Source: a virus
Lineage: Duplodnaviria > Caudoviricetes
DNA: 25,828 nucleotides
Virus record (IMG/VR): IMGVR_UViG_3300025838_000116
Coordinates: 1-25,828 of that record
Reading direction: 5' to 3' (one strand)
The notes beneath the pieces were generated by a model, which did no database searches, had not been told where the DNA came from, and saw only the letters and a program-made list of their open reading frames with translations. The translations under genes were made by a program, and so were the position numbers. Shown here one piece after another: positions 7,028 to 15,649 of the stretch (position 1 is the stretch's first letter; each line of letters opens with the position of its first letter).

Positions 7028-9265
7028 ATGGCATCAGCAGAGCAAAAGAAAAGCTATGCGGTAATTAAAAACTTTAAAGGTGTAGATACCAAGGCTAACC
7101 GCACAGCTATTGATAAGGATGAATTTTATTGGCTAGAAAATGCAATGCCAATAGGACCAGGCAACCTTAAAATTGTCTCTGGACCTGATAATGTTAAAAA
7201 TATTGGAGGAAATAACGTTGTTTTTTCCAACACTGTTGTCTCTCTAACCAACGCAAACATCAATGGTCAGTACGTTGTAGCGTCCGAGTTTAACGGAGGC
7301 ATGGAAGCGTACAACCTAAGCACCAGTAGTTTAGTCACTGTTGCTACTGCGGGTACGTTATCTAGCTCTAACGTCACCACAGCTCAGTATCAAAATACAG
7401 ACTTGTTTATAGGTGACCCCAACAAAGGTTTGTTTGACTGGAACGGTACAAGTCTAATTTCTGTGGGTTCTGTGAGCTTAATTGGCATTACAAACCCAGG
7501 TCAAAACTACACGGCAGCACCAACCGTAACTATATCTGCACCTAACAACGCCAATGGTGTGCAAGCAACGGCTGTAGCAACGATTACAACAGGTGCAGGA
7601 GGCGTACAAAGCATAGTTGTAGGTAATGTAGGCTCTGGCTACACGGCAGTTCCTACGGTCACTATAGGTGCGCCTCAAGTCACGGGTGGAAACACGGCTG
7701 TTGCCTATGCCACCATACAAAGCGGTAATGTGGTTGCAGTCACTGTTACCGAGCCTGGTTCTGGTTACTTAACTGCTCCTGCGGTCACAATCACAGGTGG
7801 TAATGGAGCTGGCGCAAACGCCACTGCAACGTTATCTAGCGGTATTGTTAATAGCATTACGCTTACAAATGCAGGTAGTGGGTATGCCAATGCCACTGTT
7901 ACTTTCTCTGGTGGTGGTGGGTCTAACGCTGCTGCAATTGCGGAAGTAACTACATTTGCAACAGGTACAGTGTCTATTTACGTAGTAAACGGGGGTACTG
8001 GGTACGGTGCTTACGGTAATTTGGCGGTAACCATTTCTGGTGGAGGCGGTACAGGGGCAAATGCGGTGGCTGTAATTAGCGGAAATACAGTGGCAGAAGT
8101 AATTATGACCAACAGAGGAACTGGGTACACCTCTGCTCCGTCTGTTGCGGTTGTTGGTGGAACAGGTAGCGGTGCAGTCATACAAGCAGTAGTAAGTACA
8201 AACCCTATAGTAGATGTAGCAACGTTTTCAGGTCGTGTTTGGGTAGCGCAGGGTCGTACAGTTTATGCTTCTAGCTCTGTTTCTCCTACAGACTTTACTT
8301 CTGTGTCTGCTGTAGCACTGACACTTACAGATTCAACACTAGATAGCAACATTACTGCCTTGTTGTCTGCCAATAATTTCTTGTACATCTTTGGTGAAGA
8401 CAGTATCAACGTATTTAGTAATTTACAGGTAACAAATACGGGTGCAACTGTATTTACTAATACTAACGTATCTGCTTCTATAGGTTCTAAACGGTTGTAC
8501 GCTATATTCCCGTACTTCCGTAGCGTGCTCTTTATGAACGACTACGGTATTTATGCGCTTGTAGGTTCTACAACCACCAAAATATCAGACCCTTTAGACG
8601 GTATTTTTCCGTATATTGACTTTACAAGACCTGTAACGGGTGGACAGGTGTTGATTAATAACATTTTGTGTGCCGTATTCAATTTCTACGTCAATAGCAC
8701 TTTTCCAATAGGTCCAAGCGGTTCTAGGTACATCCAGTGCATATTTTTTGAGAAAAAATGGTTTGTTACAAGCCAAGGGAATGCGCTTTCCTATATAACA
8801 TCTGCGCCTCTGGCAGGTAAAATTAACCTTTATGGTATAGATAATTCCAACAATTTATATCAGTTGTATTCAAATACAACCAATAGTGTTAGCAGTTACA
8901 TACAGACTGCTTTACAGGATATGGGTGACCCTATACGTACTAAACAGGCGTTGAAGTTTGCGGTTGAAGCTACTTTGACGCAAGCAGGTACGTTTAATGT
9001 GAGTGTGGATTCTGAGACAGGAAGTAGTCCTGTGGTTACTCTGGCAGACGCTGGGGTATCTTGGATAAATAACAATAATCAGGTAATATCGTGGGTAAAT
9101 AATAGCAGTGCAGTTGTGCAGTGGTTGCTATCTATCGGATATTACTTGTACAAATCGGATGCCAAGCAGTACGGAAAGTATTTGGGACTCACCATGACTT
9201 CCAACAATGCTGGTTTTGTGGTAAATACGTTTGAATTTGAACATGAACTAAGAGTGAGGTTCTAA
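7028..9265 (+). CDS. Tail nozzle / DNA-stabilisation protein (P22 gp10 / T7 tubular B-like) with inserted Gly/Thr beta repeats
   Basis: 745 aa; N-terminal FKGVDT..WLENAMP; propeller-like 'VATFSGRVWVA' and 'NFLYIFGEDSI'; internal GSGYTAxPTVTI repeats. Confidence 0.7.
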   Translation: MASAEQKKSYAVIKNFKGVDTKANRTAIDKDEFYWLENAMPIGPGNLKIVSGPDNVKNIGGNNVVFSNTVVSLTNANINGQYVVASEFNGGMEAYNLSTSSLVTVATAGTLSSSNVTTAQYQNTDLFIGDPNKGLFDWNGTSLISVGSVSLIGITNPGQNYTAAPTVTISAPNNANGVQATAVATITTGAGGVQSIVVGNVGSGYTAVPTVTIGAPQVTGGNTAVAYATIQSGNVVAVTVTEPGSGYLTAPAVTITGGNGAGANATATLSSGIVNSITLTNAGSGYANATVTFSGGGGSNAAAIAEVTTFATGTVSIYVVNGGTGYGAYGNLAVTISGGGGTGANAVAVISGNTVAEVIMTNRGTGYTSAPSVAVVGGTGSGAVIQAVVSTNPIVDVATFSGRVWVAQGRTVYASSSVSPTDFTSVSAVALTLTDSTLDSNITALLSANNFLYIFGEDSINVFSNLQVTNTGATVFTNTNVSASIGSKRLYAIFPYFRSVLFMNDYGIYALVGSTTTKISDPLDGIFPYIDFTRPVTGGQVLINNILCAVFNFYVNSTFPIGPSGSRYIQCIFFEKKWFVTSQGNALSYITSAPLAGKINLYGIDNSNNLYQLYSNTTNSVSSYIQTALQDMGDPIRTKQALKFAVEATLTQAGTFNVSVDSETGSSPVVTLADAGVSWINNNNQVISWVNNSSAVVQWLLSIGYYLYKSDAKQYGKYLGLTMTSNNAGFVVNTFEFEHELRVRF

Positions 9266-9266
9266 A

Positions 9267-10205
9267 ATGGCTGGTGTACCCTATGTCTTTGCTTCGGCAA
9301 CAACGTCTATTCCTTTGTCGCAATTGGATGCGGACTTTAATACGCCCGTAACTATTGGAAACACATCTGTTGGTCTGGGTAATACGGTTACTTCTTTTGG
9401 TAACGTAACACTTGTTAATCCAACCCTTACATCAGCAAACTTAAGTATTTCTGGTGGTACTGCTAACGGTGTGGTTTACATTAATAGCAGTAACGTAGCG
9501 GTGGCAAGTCCAACTGTACTGTCTTTTACTGGTACAAATTTAGGCGTTGGAACTTCTACTCCAACATCTCCTAGTGGATTTGCACAAAATGTAACTTTAT
9601 ATAACGCCACAAATGCGGCTTATGTTGTAAATGCAAATAACGCTTATCGTTGTGAATTTGCTGTTTCATCTGGTGGCGGTTGGCTTTCTACTTATGATTC
9701 AATACCTTTAAGATTTGCAACAAGCAATACAGAAGTTGCTCGTTTTACAACTACAGGCAACCTTTCGTTCACAACATCCAACGCAGGAATAGTATTTAAC
9801 AACAGTAGTGCTCTTGCAAATAGTACGCTTAATGACTATGAGACAGGGACTTGGACACCAACTTTAACCCCCGGAGGCGGAACATTAACTGCATATACTT
9901 CTGCCGGTACTTACACAAAAGTTGGAAGAAATGTATTTATAAATGGTTATGTTTCAATTACAACGGCTGGTACTGCTTCAGGAGCAATGATTGTCGGAGC
10001 ATTACCTTTTACTACAGCTTCTGTGGTAAATGGTAGATCATATGAAGGAGTTGTAAGAGAAGATAATGTAACGGGAACTTCTTATGCTAGTTTTGTCTCC
10101 GGAAGCTCAACTGTTTTACAAATAATATCTTTTACGGGAACTACCCCGCCGTGGACAAATAACTATGTATATACATTTTCTGCAACATATCCTGCATCAT
10201 TCTAA
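9267..10205 (+). CDS. Tail fibre/spike protein
   Basis: 312 aa; N-terminal IPLSQLDADF anchor; 'LGVGTSTP', 'LRFATSNTEVARF' and 'LNDYETGTWTPTL' fibre motifs. Confidence 0.75.
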   Translation: MAGVPYVFASATTSIPLSQLDADFNTPVTIGNTSVGLGNTVTSFGNVTLVNPTLTSANLSISGGTANGVVYINSSNVAVASPTVLSFTGTNLGVGTSTPTSPSGFAQNVTLYNATNAAYVVNANNAYRCEFAVSSGGGWLSTYDSIPLRFATSNTEVARFTTTGNLSFTTSNAGIVFNNSSALANSTLNDYETGTWTPTLTPGGGTLTAYTSAGTYTKVGRNVFINGYVSITTAGTASGAMIVGALPFTTASVVNGRSYEGVVREDNVTGTSYASFVSGSSTVLQIISFTGTTPPWTNNYVYTFSATYPASF

Positions 10206-10214
10206 GGAGTCACA

Positions 10215-10475
10215 ATGACACTCGCATCATCCACAATCATCGACCGCACAGAAGTGCTAGAAAACGGCACTATTCAAGTACGTCAAGCAGAAGTAATAAC
10301 CAAAGACGGTGTAGAGATTACACGCACTTATCACAGATGGGTACGTCACCCAGGGGACACAGACTCACAAACAGACCCTGCGCCTATTCCTGCTATTGCA
10401 TCTGCTGTGTGGACACCAGAAGTAATATCTGCATATCAAGCACAATTGGTATTACAAACCAAAATAGGTGAGTAA
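10215..10475 (+). CDS. Small tail-fibre-associated protein
   Basis: 86 aa; TAAGGAG SD; 'IQVR...DGVEITRTYHR...AVWTPEVISAY' type usually follows DYEEGTWTP-type fibres. Confidence 0.65.
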   Translation: MTLASSTIIDRTEVLENGTIQVRQAEVITKDGVEITRTYHRWVRHPGDTDSQTDPAPIPAIASAVWTPEVISAYQAQLVLQTKIGE

Positions 10476-10810
10476 TGTCAGTATCAGCACCATTCTCTCC
10501 TTGCGGTAACACAGTAGTTATATCTGCAACTACTACTGCTACTACGCCTGTTCAAGTAGCGTCTAGTACGCTTGGTGGTAATCAGTACAGGGTTATCAAT
10601 AGCGGTGCTGTTGTAGTTATTCTTGGCTATGGTCAGACCTCTGCACAGGCTACCTCTGGTGCTGTAGTTCCTACGTCTACACAAAACAATTGTTTGCCAT
10701 TACTACCAGGGACAGACGAAATAATTACGTTTGTACCTAATGCTTACTTTTCTGCAAATGCAACCAGTAGTACAGCAACTATTTATATAACGCCAGGTGA
10801 CGGGGATTGA
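10475..10810 (+). CDS. Small beta-rich virion protein (paralog of 20501-20851)
   Basis: 111 aa; TAATG coupling; ends IYITPGDG. Confidence 0.7.
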   Translation: MSVSAPFSPCGNTVVISATTTATTPVQVASSTLGGNQYRVINSGAVVVILGYGQTSAQATSGAVVPTSTQNNCLPLLPGTDEIITFVPNAYFSANATSSTATIYITPGDGD

Positions 10811-10820
10811 TACTAAAGTA

Positions 10821-11276
10821 TTACAACCATGATTTATAATTCTTATGTTCATTGTGAAGTTGATTGTGGTGATGCACACAAAGCCAAGTCACGACCAATC
10901 TCATATCATCTGCATAAGATGAATGATGGGCTAAAGATTTCTCATCTCCGCAAACAAAACAATGTTGGCGAACAAGTTTACCTGTTCTCATTGCGTATGC
11001 AACTGCACTTCTTGCCCGTTGTTTGTCTTTTGGCGCAATATATCGTTGAGCAGCTAGTTTGCCTTTTTCAGATTTTTTGTAACGTTTTTTTGATTCTGGG
11101 TACTGTTTTTCTTTTTGCCTTGTTGCCATACCCGCAGGGGTTTTTCTATGTTTTTTTATATAAGCCGTTCGACAAACTCGGCAAGTATGTAATCGACCGT
11201 CAGCCATTTGTTTATGCGGTGGGAATTCGGATAATAACTTTATTTCATTGCATTTTCGACAAGGTTTCAAGTCCAT
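10821..11276 (-). CDS. Free-standing HNH homing endonuclease-like protein
   Basis: 151 aa, basic; N-terminal CRKC...CRVC; C-terminal CFVCG..AHH..Y..VTWLCVHHHNQLH; AAGGTG SD; antisense within the tail operon. Confidence 0.8.
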   Translation of the reverse strand: MDLKPCRKCNEIKLLSEFPPHKQMADGRLHTCRVCRTAYIKKHRKTPAGMATRQKEKQYPESKKRYKKSEKGKLAAQRYIAPKDKQRARSAVAYAMRTGKLVRQHCFVCGDEKSLAHHSSYADDMRLVVTWLCVHHHNQLHNEHKNYKSWL

Positions 11277-11313
11277 ACAACACCTTTAATGAGAAGATGG
11301 AGACTAGTATACC

Positions 11314-12309
11314 ATGTTAAAAACTGTAGCTGTAATCACTGGAACTGTAACCAACGGAACTGTAACGCAAGTACAAGGTAATGGTACTGTCAACGGTATT
11401 ACGCTTACAGGTAACGTAACAACGTCTGGTAACCTCACACTAGGCGGTACTCTCTCTGGTGTTACAAATGCACAATTACAAAATAGTGCTGTTACTATTG
11501 GTAATACAACAATATCTCTAGGTAGCACTGCAACAACTATAGGTAACTTGACACTTGGTAATGTCACTATTACAGGCGGAACAATTAGTGATAACACGGT
11601 CACAGCCAATTCTTTTGTTGGCACAGGAAATATATTATCAAGTTCAAATATTGGCGTATTTTCTTATGGCAATTTATCTTATTCAGACACAGGTGTTGTT
11701 GCGTCTTATGCTTCAAGTGTTAACAGTTACGTACAGATAGTTGCACAAAATCTCAGCAACGCTAATCAAGCGTCTACTGATTTTACGATTGTTAACGATA
11801 CTGGAACTGCTTACGGTGATTTTGGAATTACATCTAGCACTTATTCTGGAACAGGAAGGTTTTACAACTCGAATGTTGTTTACGCTTATTCTGGTAACGT
11901 AGATTTAGTTATTGGTACTATTACTAATAATGCTGTTCACTTTGTAGGAAATAACGCAACAACAGATGCGATGACGTTAAATGGTAACAACACCATTACT
12001 ATTAACGCATTAGGTGCAACATTCCCAAATAGCTATTTGTCTAATTCAACAGCTACTTTAGGAAACGCAACAATAACATTAGGCTCAACAACGTCTAGTG
12101 TTGGCAACTTAACTCTTTCTAACGTAACAATTACAAGCGGTAACGTAACAATTAACGCTGGTACACAAAACGTTCAGACCATCAATCACACTGCCACAAC
12201 TAACGCCAATGCCACAATGTCAACGGCTAGTATCCCGCTTGTACCGCAAGGATATATGCTGTTTGACTTGAATGGCACTGTCGTGAAAGTGCCTTATTAC
12301 GCTCAATAA
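11314..12309 (+). CDS. Second tail fibre-like protein
   Basis: 331 aa rich in T/N/G/S; 'GTVNGITLTGNVTTSGNLTLGG' shaft motif; C-terminal 'PQGYMLFDLNGTVVKVPYY'. Confidence 0.75.
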   Translation: MLKTVAVITGTVTNGTVTQVQGNGTVNGITLTGNVTTSGNLTLGGTLSGVTNAQLQNSAVTIGNTTISLGSTATTIGNLTLGNVTITGGTISDNTVTANSFVGTGNILSSSNIGVFSYGNLSYSDTGVVASYASSVNSYVQIVAQNLSNANQASTDFTIVNDTGTAYGDFGITSSTYSGTGRFYNSNVVYAYSGNVDLVIGTITNNAVHFVGNNATTDAMTLNGNNTITINALGATFPNSYLSNSTATLGNATITLGSTTSSVGNLTLSNVTITSGNVTINAGTQNVQTINHTATTNANATMSTASIPLVPQGYMLFDLNGTVVKVPYYAQ

Positions 12310-12312
12310 AAC

Positions 12313-12537
12313 ATGGAACTACAACAACTATTTGATATTGTCGTCACGATTGCAGGATTTCTTGCAGGATGGGTGCTGAATAACATAACCAAGGCTATAG
12401 AACGTCTAGACTCAGACATTCGTGATATGCCAAAAGACTATGTGACTAAAGATGACTATCACAGAGATATAGGCGAAATTAAAAGTATTTGTAAGCAGAT
12501 ATTTGACAAGCTAGATAACAAGGCAGATAAAAATTAA
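12313..12537 (+). CDS. Small membrane protein (N-terminal TM helix plus coiled coil), holin/antiholin-like
   Basis: 74 aa; hydrophobic IVVTIAGFLAGWVL, then 'YVTKDDY...IFDKLDNKADK'. Confidence 0.7.
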   Translation: MELQQLFDIVVTIAGFLAGWVLNNITKAIERLDSDIRDMPKDYVTKDDYHRDIGEIKSICKQIFDKLDNKADKN

Positions 12538-12874
12538 CCAAAATGATTTATCTTACGTAGAGTTTGGTGACCTAGAAGGTCTTGCCAGGCTTACGTTCGA
12601 GAATTATTTACAGCATGAACTGTTCTTTAGCACGTTAAATACAAAAGGTGTAGAGACACCGTTCTATCCTATAGAAGATTTAAACCCAGCTAACATTGAT
12701 GATTGGTTGCTTATACACAACCAGATGCACGAGTCTTTAGCGCAGATTCTTAATTTAGAAAACCCTTTTCAATTGCTAGATGCTGATTTCAACAAAGAAG
12801 ATGACTTCTATGATTGGATAGGTGTTCACCAAGATATACACCAGCAGATAGCACAAGCATTAGGAGTGTTCTGA
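12533..12874 (+). CDS. Hypothetical 113-aa acidic protein with repeated DWxxxHxxxH motif; non-canonical (ATT?) start
   Basis: Stop-free frame from 12515 to TGA 12872-74 that fills the gap and couples (TGATG) to the next gene; (M)NQNDLSYVEFGDLEGLARLTFENYLQH...DDWLLIHNQMH...YDWIGVHQDIHQQIAQALGVF. Confidence 0.75.
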   Translation: MNQNDLSYVEFGDLEGLARLTFENYLQHELFFSTLNTKGVETPFYPIEDLNPANIDDWLLIHNQMHESLAQILNLENPFQLLDADFNKEDDFYDWIGVHQDIHQQIAQALGVF

Positions 12875-15648
12875 TGGCTTTAGATACTGGTAATTACGCA
12901 ATAATTACAACAGGCAGGGGAGATACACAAACTGTTTCATATCCTCCTGATACAACTTATGGATATTTAAATTCCACCATTGATGCTATACCTGGATTAA
13001 GGGACGTTATTAATGCTGGTGGAAAAAGCATGTATACACAGTTGCAAAATGCAATGTCTAACCCAATTCAGTATTCTGAATTAGGTTTGTTAGGAGCTTT
13101 GGCAAACGGTGACCAATCTCAAATCTCATCCAATGCACAATTTTTAACAAATCAAGGAAAAGATGTAACGTCAATACAAACTGACTTAAATGTTCTTAAT
13201 CAACAAATTGCTGCGGGGGAAAGCAATGGATTTGCTGGGCTTGTTGGTGGCGTTGCTGGTAACATTTTAAGTACCGTACTTTCTAGCCCTACTGCTATGG
13301 CTGGTATTGTTGCAACAGTATTATTGCCTGAAATGGCTGGAGAAATTGCTCCTTATATTGCTAGTTCATTAAATTTGAATATGGCAGTAACTTCTGAGGC
13401 GTTAATTGCAAAAGGAGTTGCTACTGCGTTATTGTCAGCGGGTGTACAAATGGGAGAGGGTGTACCGCAAGACCAAGCAATTAAAAATGCAGCAATTAAT
13501 TCTTTAATAACAACTGGCTCAAATGAAGTTGCTCTTAAACTTAATGAAATTCAAAATACGGTATCTCCTGCGGTAATTAATGCTTTAACGTCAGCGGGTG
13601 GCGGTGCTGTTCTTACATTGGCAAATGGAGGCACAAGTCAACAAGCTGTGCAAAATGCAATAGCAGGTGCTGCTGCTTCAACGGCTGGTACTGTTTCTCA
13701 AAATGCAGGATTAAATCCAACAACATCTAATGTTATTGCGGGCGCAACTGGAGGAGCGTTAACGGCTGGTGCTGGACCTGCGGGAGCTGTTACAGGTGCT
13801 TTGGGAGGATACATGCAACCTGTATTGCCTCCTGGAACAATACCTGTAACGTTGCAAGATGGCTCAACAGGTTACATAACCAATCAAGGTGTTGTTTATA
13901 ACAAAGACGGAACAATTAACCAAGAAGCCAGTGTTAACAAAACAATAACAAATGCTCCAGGAACTCAAGTTGCAGCTCTTGCTGGTGGTTATACACTTTC
14001 AAATGTCAACACGCCTGAACAACTTGCCACAGCTGGTATTACATTGCCACAAGGTTATTCTTTAGGTTCAAATAACGACCCAAATTCTGTCCTTGTAAAT
14101 TTAACTGGAGGTCAAACTGCTTGGGTAACACAAACAGACCCAAATGCACCATCTTTGCCCCCTGCTGCGGCTGTATTACCACCACCTATTAATCCTGGTA
14201 TTGGTATTAATTTAGCAGATTTAGATGCTAATTCGTTACAGGGTTTAACTGCTTACATAAACGCAGGCAGTGGAGGCGGTGGTGCTCAGGGAACATCTGC
14301 TGATTTTAATTTTATTGGAACTGTAAACGGCACACCAATATTTAGCAGTAATGGTCAACAGTTTGCTTTAATTACAGTAAACGGCTCACCATCTTTGCAA
14401 GACCAAAATGGCACTACTTACTTTTTAAGCCCAGAAGTAGATAAGCAATTAACTCAACTTCAAACGTTGACGAACCAATCGGTAACATCAAATAATGATA
14501 TGTTGCCGTCAATTGATTCAAAATCTATATCTGACCCTACCAAAACTGATACCAGTGCAACTACAACTGATACTAGTAAAACAACATCTGAAACTACGGG
14601 TACTGAATCAGGAGGCGGACAAACTACTGGTGGGACAACAACAAGCAATGCTGGACCAGCAGGTACAACAACTACCACAGAAACTCCAAGCGGAACTGAT
14701 GCTTACGGTGTTGTTACACCAGGAGGTAAAGACCTTGGTTTAAATAAAAGTATTGTTGATTTAATAAATCAATTTTTACCAACTCCAATAAATGATGGCG
14801 GTCCTCCATTAGACCCTACAAGCATTACATATACTGCTCCAACACCACAAACAACAAGTGGAGGAACTACAGGAACAACAGGTGGTACTACTGGTACAAC
14901 TGGTACAACAGCAGTCACTGGGGTTACTGGTGGAGAAACTGGTGGAGGTACACAAGGTGGTACTACTGGTGGTGCAACTGGTGGCACTACAGGAGGAGGA
15001 ACGCCAACAACCACAACAACTACTACACCTAGTGGCTCACCCACTGGTACACCGACTGTTACAGCAGGTGGAAGTGGAGGCGGAGGAACAACAGGCGGAG
15101 CAACTGGAGGTACAACAAGTGGAGCTGGAGGCACTACTACAGTAACACTTGGGAGTGGAGGCGGTAACGCAGGAACTGGAACTTCTGTTGGAGGTACTGG
15201 AACTACAGGCACTGGAACAATACTTGGCACAACAGGCTCTGGAGGCGGTGGCACTGGAGGTGGTGGTGGCACTGGAGTAGGAACAGGTGGAGGCGAAGGT
15301 GGTTCTGGCGGAGGCACAGGTGGCGGTACTGGCGGAGGAACAGGCGGTGGAGGAGGTGTTGGAGGTGGCACACCACCACCCGTATCAAGCGTTGACCCTA
15401 ACCTCTACATTTACGGTAATGTGCCTAAGAATTTAGGTACAACGCTAGGTGTGTTGCCTATACGTGCTCCTCAACCCATAACAGGTCAGACACAAGGCTT
15501 GGGGGGTGGCGCAGCAGGTGGAGTCTCAGTAGAATCAGACCAGCCACAAAAGGCAGTCTGGAACGTACAGTCTCTCAAACTTCAGCCAGGGGCGCAGGAA
15601 GAAGAAACTAAAGATTACGGTAACTTGTCCACAGTATTAGGAATTTAA
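12874..15648 (+). CDS. Large Gly/Thr/Ala-rich virion protein, probable ejection protein (924 aa)
   Basis: Start reassigned to ATG 12874 (AGGAG SD at 12862-66); hydrophobic Ala/Gly helices, then a long Thr/Gly low-complexity tract; position after the tail genes. Confidence 0.65.
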   Translation: MALDTGNYAIITTGRGDTQTVSYPPDTTYGYLNSTIDAIPGLRDVINAGGKSMYTQLQNAMSNPIQYSELGLLGALANGDQSQISSNAQFLTNQGKDVTSIQTDLNVLNQQIAAGESNGFAGLVGGVAGNILSTVLSSPTAMAGIVATVLLPEMAGEIAPYIASSLNLNMAVTSEALIAKGVATALLSAGVQMGEGVPQDQAIKNAAINSLITTGSNEVALKLNEIQNTVSPAVINALTSAGGGAVLTLANGGTSQQAVQNAIAGAAASTAGTVSQNAGLNPTTSNVIAGATGGALTAGAGPAGAVTGALGGYMQPVLPPGTIPVTLQDGSTGYITNQGVVYNKDGTINQEASVNKTITNAPGTQVAALAGGYTLSNVNTPEQLATAGITLPQGYSLGSNNDPNSVLVNLTGGQTAWVTQTDPNAPSLPPAAAVLPPPINPGIGINLADLDANSLQGLTAYINAGSGGGGAQGTSADFNFIGTVNGTPIFSSNGQQFALITVNGSPSLQDQNGTTYFLSPEVDKQLTQLQTLTNQSVTSNNDMLPSIDSKSISDPTKTDTSATTTDTSKTTSETTGTESGGGQTTGGTTTSNAGPAGTTTTTETPSGTDAYGVVTPGGKDLGLNKSIVDLINQFLPTPINDGGPPLDPTSITYTAPTPQTTSGGTTGTTGGTTGTTGTTAVTGVTGGETGGGTQGGTTGGATGGTTGGGTPTTTTTTTPSGSPTGTPTVTAGGSGGGGTTGGATGGTTSGAGGTTTVTLGSGGGNAGTGTSVGGTGTTGTGTILGTTGSGGGGTGGGGGTGVGTGGGEGGSGGGTGGGTGGGTGGGGGVGGGTPPPVSSVDPNLYIYGNVPKNLGTTLGVLPIRAPQPITGQTQGLGGGAAGGVSVESDQPQKAVWNVQSLKLQPGAQEEETKDYGNLSTVLGI
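14540..15380 (+). repeat. Low-complexity Thr/Gly coding repeats (GGTT, GGTG, TGTT)
   Basis: Degenerate GGN/ACN codon runs; these generate the antisense poly-Pro/Val shadow ORF. Confidence 0.85.
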
Positions 15649-15649
15649 T

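Noticed and set aside
10829-11320. 163-aa + strand ORF
   Set aside because: Antisense to the HNH gene, which has clear motifs and an SD; this translation is not protein-like.
12814-12873. N-terminal extensions given by the ORF track (also 2587-2625, 20830-20850, 24766-24933)
   Set aside because: Downstream ATGs have SD sequences or stop-start coupling, and most of the extensions overlap other genes.
14769-15371. 200-aa poly-Pro/Val ORF on the minus strand
   Set aside because: Antisense shadow of the GGN/ACN codons in the Gly/Thr tract of the + strand gene.
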